Assembly: GCA_964016885.1 (NCBI GenBank)
Contig: OZ024742.1
Span: 217,620,001 to 217,684,000 of the forward strand
DNA length: 64,000 nt
Direction of reading: 5' to 3'
Source: Eledone cirrhosa
Lineage: Eukaryota
Positions 49,465-62,039 of the stretch are shown here, in pieces (positions within the stretch are counted from its first letter, which is position 1; each line of letters opens with the position of its first letter). Position numbers and translations under genes: made by a program. The notes beneath the pieces are model-generated. The model was given only the letters and a program-made list of their open reading frames with translations. It made no database searches and was not told where the DNA came from.

Positions 49465-50826
49465 ATGGAAAATGAATTACAGGAGAAAGAGGTTGAGATT
49501 AAAGTGGAGCCTGAAAGAAATGATTTTCCTGATGAGGATCTGAAAGAGACAGAAGAAACATCATACAATTGTGATGTCTCTGGTAAACCTTTCTCCAAAG
49601 CATATCAACTCACTTCTAATGAACATATTTATACAGCAGAGAGGCCATTTCACTGTGACATCTGTGGTAAATCATTCTCTCAAAATTGTGACTTAACTAA
49701 GCACATACGTATTCATACAGGAGAGAAGCCATATCACTGTGATATTTGTGGTAAATCATTCTCTCGAAATTATGCATTAACCAAACACAAACTTCTTCAT
49801 ACAGGTGTGAAGCCATACCACTGTGATATTTGTGATAAGTCATTTTTTGAAAAAGACAGCTTAGAAGCTCACACACGTTTGCATACGGGAGAAATGCCAT
49901 ATCACTGTGATTTCTGTGGTAAATCATTCTCTCGGAAGAATGTGTTAACTAGACACAAATTTATTCATGCCGAGGAGAAGCCATATCACTGTGATGTCTG
50001 TGGTAAATTATTCTCTAGAAATAATGACTTAACTGTTCACAAACGTATTCATACAGGAGAGAAGCCATATCATTGTGATATGTGCAGTGAATCATTCTTT
50101 CTAAATAAGGCATTAATTAAACACAAATATAGTCATACAGGTGTAAAGCCTTATCAGTGTGATATCTGTGGTAAGTCATTTTTTGGGAATAGTGAATTCA
50201 CTCTACACAAACGTGTTCATACAGGAGAGAAGCCATATGACTGTGATATCTGCGGTCGGTCATTCTCTCGCAATGGTACATTAACTAAACACAAACGTAT
50301 TCATACAGGTGAGAAGCCATATGATTGTGATATTTGTGGTAGATCATTTTCTGGAAAAAGTGACGTAACTAAACACAAACGTGTTCATACAGGAGAGAAG
50401 AAATATCTCTGTGATATCTGTGGTAAATCATTCTCTCATACCAATGCTTTATATAGACATAAACGCATTCATACTGGAGAAAAGCCATATCACTGTGTCT
50501 TTTGTGGTAAATCATTCTCCGATAACACTCACTTAACAAATCACATACGTACTCATACAGGTGAGAAGCCGTATCAGTGTGGTGTCTGTGGTAAATCTTT
50601 CTCAAAAAGTAGTGATTTGAGTACTCACAAACGTATTCATACTGGAGAGAAGCCATACCACTGTGATATCTGTAATAAATCATTCACTAAAAATGGAAGC
50701 TTAACTATACACAAGCGAATTCATACAGGAGAAAAACCGCATCACTGTGATATCTGTGGTAAATCATTCTCTGATTATAGAACCTTAACAAAACACAAGC
50801 TTATTCATACTACAGAAGTGCTTTGA
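49465..50826 (+). CDS. C2H2 zinc-finger protein, paralog 4 (1 degenerate and 14 intact fingers)
   Basis: 453-aa ORF; same leader; acceptor AG at 49361-49362. Confidence 0.95.
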   Translation: MENELQEKEVEIKVEPERNDFPDEDLKETEETSYNCDVSGKPFSKAYQLTSNEHIYTAERPFHCDICGKSFSQNCDLTKHIRIHTGEKPYHCDICGKSFSRNYALTKHKLLHTGVKPYHCDICDKSFFEKDSLEAHTRLHTGEMPYHCDFCGKSFSRKNVLTRHKFIHAEEKPYHCDVCGKLFSRNNDLTVHKRIHTGEKPYHCDMCSESFFLNKALIKHKYSHTGVKPYQCDICGKSFFGNSEFTLHKRVHTGEKPYDCDICGRSFSRNGTLTKHKRIHTGEKPYDCDICGRSFSGKSDVTKHKRVHTGEKKYLCDICGKSFSHTNALYRHKRIHTGEKPYHCVFCGKSFSDNTHLTNHIRTHTGEKPYQCGVCGKSFSKSSDLSTHKRIHTGEKPYHCDICNKSFTKNGSLTIHKRIHTGEKPHHCDICGKSFSDYRTLTKHKLIHTTEVL

Positions 50827-53229
50827 AATTCCATATGATAATCACAAGTCACTCACACAGGAGAGAGGTTTTATCACTGATATCTGTGGTAAATCATTCT
50901 CTGATTATAGAACCTTAACAAAACAAGCATATTCATACTACAGAGGAATCTTGAAATTACATGTCATAATCACTCATTTAGGAGAGATGTTTTATCCTGT
51001 GATATCTGGTAAATCACTCAAAGCTACATGTATAGCTATCAATATAGATCAGTTAGCTGATCAATGTCAAAAGTAATTCTATAAAAAACATCTTTCACTA
51101 CCTCTTCTTGTTTCAATTGCTTGTTTTCTCAACAGTATGGACCAAGAAGTAACATAGTGTAATTACTGCTAGGTTAAGTTAACAAAAATTCTGCTTGACC
51201 TCAGCCTAGATTAAAACAGCTATGATGACATCTAGGGATATATTAAGCCAAAATCTCTTGGCTTCGTTCTTTCCTCTCAGATTTCTAACAGCCAACGTTT
51301 GACTGTAGCAGACAGGGTCTCTTTTCCACTTCCTCAGCTTCTGTGAACATTCGATATAGGACTGCTACAAACACCAACAGAAGCTGTCTAATTTCTTCAC
51401 TTCTGCATTCATGTATTCAATCTATCTCACAAATTCCATCATATCTAAATATTTTCTTTCATGTTTATAACTACTTTTATCTAAGCACTCTACATTTTAC
51501 TATTTTGTTGGAAAAAAACGGTCTTTGTTATATCAATTTTTATTTATTTCTCTGGTGTTATTGTTTGTCACGTTGTTATGTTGAATTCCATAGCAGAAAT
51601 AAAGACATCTAAATTAGCAGTTTTGTTTCCTTGTTTGTCTGTCTTAATATTTTGGTGTCCTTATCACTTTCTGCAATCACACATCAATTCATGGTAACAT
51701 ATGCAACAAATGCACATCAACCAACACATTGGAGAGAATGGAGGAACAGAGGAGAAAGAATGCAATACCAGATAGCTGGACAAGAAGTCAGGTGCCAAGT
51801 ATATCTAGTGAGGGAAGAGTCAGAAAAGAAGTTTACACTTGTTCTTTTGAACTGATACAAAAAACTCTGAGTGAAGGAGGGTAGACTGCATGAGGCCTGT
51901 GTGGGAACTGCAATGCTACATAACAGTGAAACATGGGTCTTGACCGCATAAGACCCGTGGAAGCTAGAAAGAAACGAATTGAGTATGTGTAATGTTAGTG
52001 TGCATGAACATGGCATAGCCTAAGCAAACAGAAAAATTTGGCATGCAAAGACTGCATTGTTATGGACATGTTATTCAAATAGAAGATAACGCCTGCAGAG
52101 AAATCTCAGTGGCTGAGATCCGTGGGAAGGTGTGAAGACCAACCTAAAAAAAAACTAACCCTCACAACAGAAATTACTGGCGCTATGACTTCAGCATGCA
52201 ATGTGGCTTGACCTATCCCTGTGTACCCTCCTTTCAATAGCACTCACTAACAGCTATTCTCAACATCACTACACCACGCACACTACCATCATCTTGTGCC
52301 AGGACTCACTCTTAGCTGCTGCCCCCTTAAAAGTCTAGTCTCTTAACTCCATCACAATTGTACTCTAGTAGCCATTCACCTCACTCTTATTTACCCCATC
52401 CATGCTTCCTGCACTAACACTCCCTAGCAGTTACCTTCAGTCATGCTACGGTATGACAATCCTTCTAGTGTTGGTAATCTACACGATAAATGCACCCAGT
52501 ATACACTGTAAAGTGGTTGGTGATAGGCAGGACATCCAGCCATAGAAAGCTTGCCAAACAATTGGTTGGGAGGACCCCCTCCCCAGTCATGTCAAGGACA
52601 TGACCCTCCCTAGTGTTGGTGATCTACACAATAAATGCACCCAGTACATGCTGTAAAGTGGTTGGTGATAGGAAGCTTGACAAACAAAAGGTTGGGAGGA
52701 CCCTCATTTGTGTCAACCTCTCTTGTGCACTCAGTAGAACATGTGACCAGGGATAGGTAGCCCTGCTTAAGTACTAACTTGGTCTACGTAGAACTGTCGA
52801 ACCCTTGTTAGCAGGGAAAGTGGACATTAAAATGATGATGATATATATAACAAGTAGAAAGTAACTATATGATTGTATTACACACACATATACATTCAAC
52901 ATATATATATATATCAAAATTAAAATGTTGAGTTAAAAACTCAATATTCCCTTATAATCAAATAAGCTCAAGGAAAAAATTCTGAGCTTTTTATAACACA
53001 GTATTTCTACATTTGCTGCATTCTGTCATTGTTTCCTCTGCGAGTCTCAGCAATTTGAGATCAACTCTCACCACCTTTGGTCTACCTCTATTGTGGCTTC
53101 CCTCCATTGGGTTTTTCAGGCACTTCTACACCCAACGATCATTATTCGTGATTGAAAAAGGTTTATATCCTTAATGTTCATCTCCTGAATTACCCCTGTG
53201 CATCTTTTATATACAAAGTCTACCCTTCC

Positions 53230-53620
53230 TGTTAGTCTCTCTGATGTCCCACTACATCTCTTGTGTACACAGGACAGGATTTACATTGTATACAGTTTAT
53301 GTCTACTCCTTTTCTACCTTTGAAGCAGGGCCACTTCCCTGAAGGAATCAGGGTCCAACTTTCTTTCTTACTTACTAGCACTTAAGTTTTGGCTAAGTTT
53401 ACTCTCAGAACTTTTGAGACCAAGTTTTGTTTTCATTGTCGGAACTTATCTTGAATAGCAGTGGGCTAAGAACTAAACCTTGATGGACTCCTACCTGGAC
53501 CTTGAATCTAAGGCTAACCTAAGTTTAGTTATTCTATCAGTTACCCTAACTACTTCAATTACATTTCCTATCCATTTTTCTTCTAACAGAATTCCTTCTC
53601 TACCTAGCTCAAAATTATTA
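53230..53620 (-). mobile_element. RTE LINE fragments (endonuclease piece and PHD-containing RT piece)
   Basis: LRVNLAKT*VLV...SGKWPC...CIQCKSC..VHKRCSG. Confidence 0.6.
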
Positions 53621-53799
53621 CGAGTGGAACCTTTTAAGGTTTGGGAATTACAAAAAGTAGGAAGCTTTGTGAATGGGGGCGGGGTGGTATTTGTACTTTG
53701 AAGAAACTTTGCATGACCTTCCAGTCATATTTCAGTGGTTAATGAATATGTGTCTTTTTTTTCTTCCATGTGTCTTTCATAGTTATGTTTTTGTGTGCT

Positions 53800-54722
53800 G
53801 GAAGGAAGTGGTAATGCTGTTAGGGAGGATGAAATTTGGCCCGAGATGTTAAAAGCCTTAAATAGAGAAGGTATTCTCTGGCTGATTTATATGCCAGGTG
53901 GCCTGGATCTCTAGAAAGGCCCCTAAGCAATGGCAATCTAGAGTGATAATCTCAATTTTCAAAAAAGGAGACAAGAGAGATTGTTCCAATTACAGAGGGA
54001 TCTCCTTGTTAAACCTTACGGGTAAAGTCTAGGCAAAGAGATGTAGTTGAGTCCAAGCTAGCTGATGAAAATCAGTGCTGTGAAGACTGAGATACTCATC
54101 CTCTCAAGGAAGCCTGCATAGTGTACTCTGCATATGAATAGAGTTCCACTGAAGCAGGTGGAGAAGTTCAAGTATCTTGGGGCCATTTTCACAAATGACG
54201 GAAGGCAGGAGACTGAATTGGTGCAGTGATGCACCAACTTCAGCATTTGGTAATCAGAAGGGAGGTAGGTGTAAAAGTCAAACTCACTATCTTCAATTCA
54301 GTAATCATGCCAACCCTTACCTATGGTCACAAATCTTGGGTAATGACCAAAAGAATACAATAGCAAATGCAAGCAACCAAAATGGGGTTCCTCTGAAGGG
54401 TCTTTTGAGTAACGTTACTCGTTAGCGTGCAGAGATCAGAGATCAGAGAGTCACTACTTTCCCAAATTGAGAAATGACAGCTTCGATACTATGGTCATGT
54501 GGTTAGAATGTCTCAGGAAAGAATCGCTGGACAGTTTTACAGGCAAAACCAACTGGCAGGAGTAGACTCAGAGCAAGATAGTTGGATAACATCCATGAGC
54601 CTGGTTGATCTTGCAGATTGTTGCTTCTGAGAGAACCCCCTGGAAGGAGTGTTTGAGGACTCTGCCTTCATGACCCTCTCAGGAATAAGTGGGAGAAGAA
54701 GTTTTCTTGTTGATGATGATGA
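53800..54722 (+). mobile_element. RTE (Expander/Rex3-like) LINE, internally deleted
   Basis: EDEIWPEMLKAL, IFKKGDKRDCSNYRGISLL, LKQVEKFKYLGAIFTNDGR. Confidence 0.75.
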
Positions 54723-54739
54723 TAGTGTGTATTCAGTTT

Positions 54740-55265
54740 AGAATAGTTACACTGTATCCTAGCACATTGTTTGTATCGACTATAAAGGTTGGTGTCCTTC
54801 ATCAGGAGAGAGTACAATCGTTCCGAGATTAGAAAATGAGGAGATGTGTGTGTTGTTTGTTGTTTTTAATTTTTGTGTGTGTATCAGCATATATATTGGT
54901 GGTGCACGTCTGGGGGTCCAGTGTATGAAGCATGCTCGAATACAATAAGCTCACATGTGTAATGACTGGCAGTGCTGAAATTTCAGGTCACTGAGGACGA
55001 GTTGCTGACCTGGCTATCCCACAGTTATTCAACGAATCTGTCAGGCAGTTTAAGGTCAGTTTGACCAATGTATATGGCCTCACACTGGAGCCCATAGATA
55101 AGGCTTGTGGATGAACAGCTGAAAGGATACCTGACATGAAAGATACAGCCATTAGGTCCGATGGGGGTGGTGTGGTTGATGAAGCATGTGCGGCAGCAGT
55201 GTCTGGTGTAGAGATGGGATCCAGGAGAGGAGTTGGAAAGAGGGAGGGAACTGCAGACTGAAGCA
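54740..55265 (-). mobile_element. Penelope-like element 3' end (GIY-YIG endonuclease)
   Basis: Minus frame CCRTCF...FSCSSTSLIYGLQCEAIYIGQTDLKLPDRFVE followed by a CTGATGA-containing terminal region. Confidence 0.7.
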
Positions 55266-57058
55266 AGTGGAGAAGTTCAAGTATCTGTATCTTGGGGTCA
55301 TAAATCAGATATCAATAGAAAAAGTGAAATAAATCATCCAACCATCTCAAACAAGTGACACAAATGGCAGTGCTTGAATTTGAACAGCGCATAGCAACCA
55401 ACCTTGACAGTAAGGTGTTCTGGAAATATGTACATTCAAAGCAGAGACCTCACTCTCCAGTTGGTCCTCTTCGCAATCCCTACACAAGCCAGATTACTGA
55501 CAACCCAAAAAATGTGCAGAACTCATTGCGGAATGCTATGCAGGCATTTTCACTGTTGAAAACTAAAACGTACCATCTCCAACACCTCTGACATCAAATT
55601 CTATAATAACTGGAATTTACACCTGCAATGCTGTGATGTCACCTTAAAAATAAGCACAACCATGCCTCTCCTGGTCTTGATGGTGTTACGTACTTGCTTC
55701 TCAAATGTGGTGGGTACTTCCTTCTGCACCAGCTTTCACTCTTCTTTCAATTCTGTCTTAACAACGGTGCTACTCCGGAGCAGTGGAAAACTGCCAGTGT
55801 TATTCCTCTGTTCAAAAAGGGTGACTGCATGTCACCTGTCAACTATCGTCCAGTCAGTCTTTCTAGCTGCATTGCCAAACTGATGGAATCCTATGTCAGA
55901 GAAACACTCTGGAACTTCTGGAATTCTCACAGTCTTATCTGGCCCTCGCAATTTGGATTTATCCCTAACTCCAGCTGTGTGATCAACTTATTGAGTTTCT
56001 TGAAGACATCACTGATGGCGGCTCATTGGTGGATGTTGTTTACCTTGACTTTGCTAAAGCTTTTAATTCTGTGCTACACAAAAGACTTATGGCAAAACTC
56101 TCTGCAACGGCTGTGAAGAATGATCTTTTTAACTGGTTGAAGTCCTTCATTCTCAGTTGAAAAGAGGTAGTCACAGTTCTAGAACAGCATTCTTCCCCGC
56201 ATGATGTGTACCACAGGGATCTGTTCTAGGTCCCCTTTTGTTTGTTGCATATATTAATGACATAGATGCCAACTTAAAGAATGCCACAGTACTGAAATAT
56301 GCAGATGACATGAAGCTGTACCTTGAGATAAAAAGGACAGATCCTGAACACTATAGATCTTTCCTGCAATCAGACCTGGACACTACTGGAATGGATCACA
56401 GATTGGCAACTCAAGCTGGCTGTGGACAAGTGTATAACCATTCATTTTGGGAGTAAAAACCCAGCGTCCACATACTCCCTCCACAACACTAATATCAAGA
56501 AGTCTTCTTGTGAACATGACCTGGGCATCACTGGCAGCAGTGATTTGCGTTGGACAAAGCACATCTCTAAAATTGTTAAGAAGGCCAAGGGTGTCTTAGC
56601 ATCACTCAGCAAGACCTTTGTCAGCTGCTCTCCAGCTATCTATTTAAAGCTCTATATAGCTATGGTGTGGCCACACTTAGAATTTGCATCACCAGTCTGG
56701 AACCCCTATCTTGCTCAGAACATTGACCTGCTGGAAACTGTTCAGAGACGTGCAACCAAGAGAATACCCTCCATCAGGCATCTACCATACTCTGAATCCT
56801 TGCTTCCATCGGCATGGATACATTGAAGCTCAGGCATCTGGCAACTGACTTGGTAAACACCCACAAAATTATTAACCATCTTGCCAACAACCCTGAGCAC
56901 CTTTTTGAATTCCATGTGTCTAACACACGTGGGCATGCCTACAAAGTCAGAAAACAGCACAGGTCCCATGACTTTCGGAAACATTTTTTCATGCTCAGAG
57001 TTGCTGAAGCATGGAGCAAACTAGCTGCATCAGTCGTTAGCTGCCAAGACACTGCATC

Positions 57059-57542
57059 TGTAGCAAGCAATGGCACTACCATATTGCAGCGGACTAATTG
57101 GGTCATGCTTGGTCACTCATCAGGCCTTTAAGCTGGCAGCGCAGGAATACCAGGCAGTAATTTCTGCCCAGCAGGAGAATTCGCGCCAAAATCATTTCAG
57201 TTGCGTTCCAGGTTGATCCTGAGTGGACTAATGCAACTCCTTACTGATTTTTATGCAGCTTACTTCAGGGTGAAACTATGTATTCATTCATTTTAAAGAG
57301 AATAAACTATTATTACAAGTTTAAATATGCTTTCGGATTCTTTCATCAACTATGGAACTTATTACTAAACATAAACATGCAGCCTACCAATTTATATCAT
57401 ACTTAAGGAAATCCTCTCTGCCATCAATAGAGAATGTAGCAGCGCCATGGACAATACCAGTATACCACCAAATATCTTAATTTCAGATCCTTTATGCCAC
57501 CAACATTAAATACAGTAAACACAGAAATGTATACTAACTAAA
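57059..57542 (+). mobile_element. Probable solo LTR inserted in the CR1
   Basis: TGTAG...CTAAA termini (one mismatch to CTACA); 4-bp TSD CATC (57055-57058, 57543-57546); internal AATAAA at 57301. Confidence 0.55.
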
Positions 57543-57668
57543 CATCCTTTAAAATTTCCATGCTTCCTGAAATTTGCCAACACTACACCTGATATCCCTG
57601 CTCCATACACACTTACACATGTATATCATGACTCATACACTGTTCACTTTCCTGACATTTGTACATGA

Positions 57669-60314
57669 CACCATGTAACATATATTTTGTTTCCCGGTTC
57701 TAAGTGTCATTTCCTGGTTTGTTATATCCCATTATTATAAAAAAAACACTATTATTTAATCAGAAGTTTGGGTTTGTGGTCAGAAGTTTGATATTTCGAA
57801 ATTTTCATATATTTCAAGAAAAAAAAACTTTTAAAACATTTATCAGTTCATATAATTAAATCAACAGAGTATATCATCATCATCATCATTTAACATCCAT
57901 TTTCCACGCTAGCATGGATCTGGACGGGAATTGTCCCACTTGAGGCAAGATTGGTTATCTTGCTCAGGACTGTCTGGTGGGTTTTCTATGACAGGATGCC
58001 CTTTCTAACACCAACCACGTTTACAGTGTGGACTGGGAGGTTTTTACCGTGTTACCTACACGGCCACATTACAGCGTGGACTGTGTGTTTTTTTGTTGTG
58101 ACACCTACACGACCTCATTTATTTAGGACTGGATGTTGTGGTACCAACATAGCTTTACATCGAAAGGGGTGGTGTAGATGGTGGTGGGGTAGGGTTAGTG
58201 GGACGGGGGTGTATTTTGGTTAAGAGGTGCCTACTGACTGTAGGTTTCGCTTTGTACTTAGGCAAGGTGGGTCTTCAGTATTACTACGTAGCGCCAAAGA
58301 TCTCGATCCAGTGATATTGTCTTGGAGAGGTGTAAGTGTGTGAGGTCGGATTTTATCAAGTCGTCCCAGGTTTTTCTGGGTCTGCCTACTCCGTAGCTAC
58401 CGTCTATTTTGATCGCCCTGCACTTTTTTATACAGCTGTCATCTTTCATGCGCATCACGTGACCATACCAACGTAGTCTTCTCTCGAGTAAACAGCATCT
58501 GATCCCTCTTATTCCTAATTTCTCACTTAGTTCATTTATGCTTTGCCGTTCGCGTATATTACTATTACACATCCAATGGAGCATGCAAGCTTCGTTCCTC
58601 TCCAGTCTGCGTAGATCCTCTGCACACAAGGCCCATGTCTCACTGCCATGTAACATCACTGTTCGTATGCAGGCATCATACAGCCTGCCTTTTATTTTTA
58701 GAGAGAAACCTTTAGCGGCCAATAGTGGTATAAGCTCTCTGAACTTTTTCCATCCCGTTCGGACTCTAGCTACAGTACTTTCGGAGCACCCTCCACCACT
58801 GCTGATTTTGTCACCCAGGTAATGGAAGGTGTCCACTATTTCTATAGTATATATTTATTTTATTACACAAGCTTATCAAAAGCAAACAAGTAAAAACAAA
58901 TAACACTTATAAAGCAACTTATACACGTCAGAAATGACTGGATTTCCTGGATTTGCGGTTGTAGTCCAGGTCACATTCCCGCACTAGCCCCCCATAATGT
59001 TTTCATTGTAGTGGCCCTGGTACCTCCGATCTATCTCTTTCACATCTTGGTGGAATCGTTCGCCTTGTTCTTCTGAGTAGGCGCCCATATTGTCCTTGAA
59101 TTTTCCAGGTGAGCGTCCAGCATATGGAGTTAAAGCGACATCGTGCATTTCATGGTGCCAAAAGCCTTTATCAGATCCTGCACCAGTTGATGGTAGTTTT
59201 CAGCTCTGTAGTTGCCTTGAAACAGTTCCATGCTTTTCTCTCAATCCTATTGAGCTTATTGGAGAACTCGGTAGACTCAAACACCTTCTTTATCTGAGGT
59301 CCAACAAAAATTCCACCTTTGATTTTGGCCTCAGATAACTTGGGGAAGAACTTAAGAAGGTACTTAAAAGCGGCTGATTCTTGGTTGAGAGCCTTCACAA
59401 ACTGCTTCATCAACCCCAACTTAATGTGTAGTGGCGGCATGAGCACAATCCTGGGATCAACCAGTAGCTCCCACATGTCGTTCCGGGTCCCAACTACAAA
59501 TTCTGTTCGCTGCTCCCAGTTCTTTCTTTTGTAGTGGTCAGAGGTGACTCTGCTGTCCCAAAGGCAGAGGAAGCATTGGAATTTGATAAAGCCTCCTTTG
59601 AGTCCAAGCAGGAAAGCCACCATCATGAAGTCTCCAATGATTTCCCAATTGTACTGGTTGTATTGCAGAGCTTCCAAGAGGACTTTCACACTGTAGTAAT
59701 CTTCCTTCAGGCAGACTGAATGAGTTAAGGGCAGTGTCGGGAACTTGTTTCCATTGTGGAGGAGGACAGCTTTCAAACTTGTAGTGGAGCTGTCTATAAA
59801 TAGCCACCACTCCTTGGGCACAAACGGCACTCCAATAACGTCAAACAGTCCAGGCACATCATGGCAGAAGCAGAGGCCATCCCAAAGAGTGTAAAAGCCT
59901 GAGAAAGGTTCGTGTCGACTTCTCTGACTTGTCACCTGCACTTCCTCCTTGACCAAGTTCATCCTGGAGACGAATGCTTAAAACACAACTTACCCTTTAT
60001 TCAGGGTGCGAAAATCCAGTATCAATAAATCTCTTTAATCCACTTTTTAACAATTTTATACTTTATTGCACTTTTATAATTTATTTTATAATTTTAATTT
60101 AATCTGAAACATATATAAAAAATCATTTAACATAAGCAAATTAAACTTACAATCAACGTAAAATCCAGCATACAAATAATTCTAGTGAATAGCTTAGAAT
60201 TTTTACAAACCCAAACTTTTAACTGTTTAATAGCACTTTTTTATTTATTTGGGACCTAAGCAACACAAAAAAGTGAAAAAAAACAGAAAAAAAAAAAATG
60301 TTTGTTACACGGTG
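57669..60314 (-). mobile_element. Chapaev3-like (CMC) DNA transposon with partial transposase
   Basis: TIRs CACC(A/G)TGTAACA at both ends with 3-bp flanks TGA/TTA; EWWLFIDSS..SLKAVLLHNGN, CFLCLWDSR, PPLHIKLGLMKQFVKAL, EEQGERFHQD..RRYQG. Confidence 0.85.
57875..58845 (-). mobile_element. RTE LINE 3' part nested in the Chapaev element
   Basis: ORF 58258-58836 with FHYLGD, LHGSETW, RRLRWYGHVMRM, GRPRKTW; (GAT)n tail; TSD AGTATAT (57868-57874, 58846-58852). Confidence 0.85.
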
Positions 60315-60399
60315 TTATTATATGTACTATACATGCACATTTGACAAGTTGTAGTGCACCTGAGCACTGTACACAATAATTTCATTATATTATATATCA

Positions 60400-60950
60400 A
60401 GATTCCTAATGTTGCACGAGCGTTTAAAAGAGAGAAAGGGTGGGAGGGGAAAATAGGAAAGGTGGATGGATCCGGCAGGGGGAAGAGGATTGTCTGCTAG
60501 AGGCGCAAGGTGGAAGATTAAGGGAAATGGTAGCAGGTTGGTGGGCGGCAGTGGTATGGTGTAGAGCTGAAGTGTGGTCGACTCCAAGGGCACGGGTGAG
60601 GGTGGCTTGTATCATGGTAGGGGGCATCCATGCCGGGTGAATGGTCTAGCCATGTAATGAGCCTGAATCTCAGAGTCACAGTCGACGAAGACGAAGGAAT
60701 TGGGAGTTTTTGGTGTGGGTACGATGGGAGGAAGTGAAGTCGAGGTAGACGTGGGAGTCGGTGGGTTTAAAGAAGGTTGACGTTATGACGGAGAGATAGA
60801 AACAGAGATATCCAGGAAGTGATGAAATAAATGGCAGGGTGGAAGGAACAGAAGAAGGAAAATAAGGACTGGAGCGGTACTCGGATAAATGACGTGGCAC
60901 CGATACAGTCGTAAATATAACGTTTGTATTTCACGGGAGTGGGACAGCTG
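60400..60950 (-). mobile_element. Penelope-like element RT fragment
   Basis: FFKPTDSHVYLDFTSSHRTHTKNSQFLRLRRL, typical of the PLE RT thumb. Confidence 0.7.
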
Positions 60951-60976
60951 GAGTGAAGTATGCAACTACATATATG

Positions 60977-61280
60977 TGCGCATGATCAACCGGATGTCAA
61001 TTCATTCTGCCTCTTGTATTTGAATATAATTTACAGACGAATTACACCCATCTGTTAAATAATCTGTTTAGTAGGAAAGTTGTAGTTATTGTAACCTAGT
61101 CACATTTATCTACTATAATATATATATATACACTATACATCCTAGAGGGAGAGAGAGAGAGATTGTTGGACAATGAGAGAGAAATAGATTTATAGAAAAT
61201 CCTGGTAAATATTCTCTATTCAATACTGCGTACAACTACCACCTCTGATTTCCCTATAATAGCTGTGATTTATACAAGGT
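60977..61280 (+). promoter_or_regulatory. Putative promoter and non-coding exon 1 of a fifth ZNF paralog whose coding exon lies outside the window
   Basis: GCGCATG 60978-60984, CCGGATGT 60990-60997, donor GT at 61279-61280; the following ~600 bp match the intron start of copies 1 and 4. Confidence 0.5.
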
Positions 61281-62039
61281 ATTTATTTATCTTCTTTATT
61301 CAATAGTCTTTTTTTTCTTCTTTGGGGTATCATTGATGGCAAATAAACCTTCACTGTAATAAAGTGAAAGTAAACCAACAGATCCTCTGTACCGGATGTT
61401 TTGATTAAATGATTGTAAATAATGAAGTGAATGAAAAAAAAAGGTGTTGTTTCAGGAATTAGTATTCCACATAAATAGCCAGAACATTTAAAAAAATATA
61501 TTTTTATATTTTTGGAATTCAAAATTTTGAACATGGAGATTTACGATTCTCCCCAAAAGATTAAATATCTCAATTCCTGAGAATTCTTTTATTTTTGGCT
61601 ATTATTATATCAAGAGACCTTGCTTACTTTGGAAATAGTAGGTAGGAAAGCTGTAATTTGATGTGAGGAAGATTTGGTTGCTATTTCTAGTAGGTCGAAG
61701 GATCACGTAGGGATTCATTCGTCCAGAAAAGCAGGCGAGATTCAATAGTAATAAAATTTAAATGAACGGTTTAAATCTTTTACAATAATTTTCTTTCATC
61801 TTTATCAAACAATTTAATTCTTTGTCATTTTATAATTCAAATTCCTGCAGATACGTGGAAAAGAGATAAATTGATATCAAATATGTGATATTTCTCTTCC
61901 TTTCACTAGATCATTCTGAATTTATATTTATGAATAATATTTTCATTGTTTCGTTCCTTGATTTGTGAGTTGGTGATTCTTTCAGAATAACATTACAAAC
62001 ACAAATATAAACGCATTTAACAAATACAATTAACTATTA

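Larger units (their letters stand above)
55330..60392 (+). mobile_element. CR1-clade LINE (RT 55330-57058; 3' end resumes at 57547-57668 and 60318-60392), interrupted by later insertions
   Basis: KVFWKYV, WKTASVIPLFKKG..NYRPVSL, VYLDFAKAF, PQGSVLGPLLF, KYADDMKL, PHLEFASPVWNPY, TRGH motifs; the 3' UTR continues across the insertions. Confidence 0.8.

Noticed and set aside
38326-57542. The two 484-bp solo LTRs as LTRs of one large element
   Set aside because: No sequence similarity, opposite inferred orientation, and each has its own TSD; equal length appears coincidental
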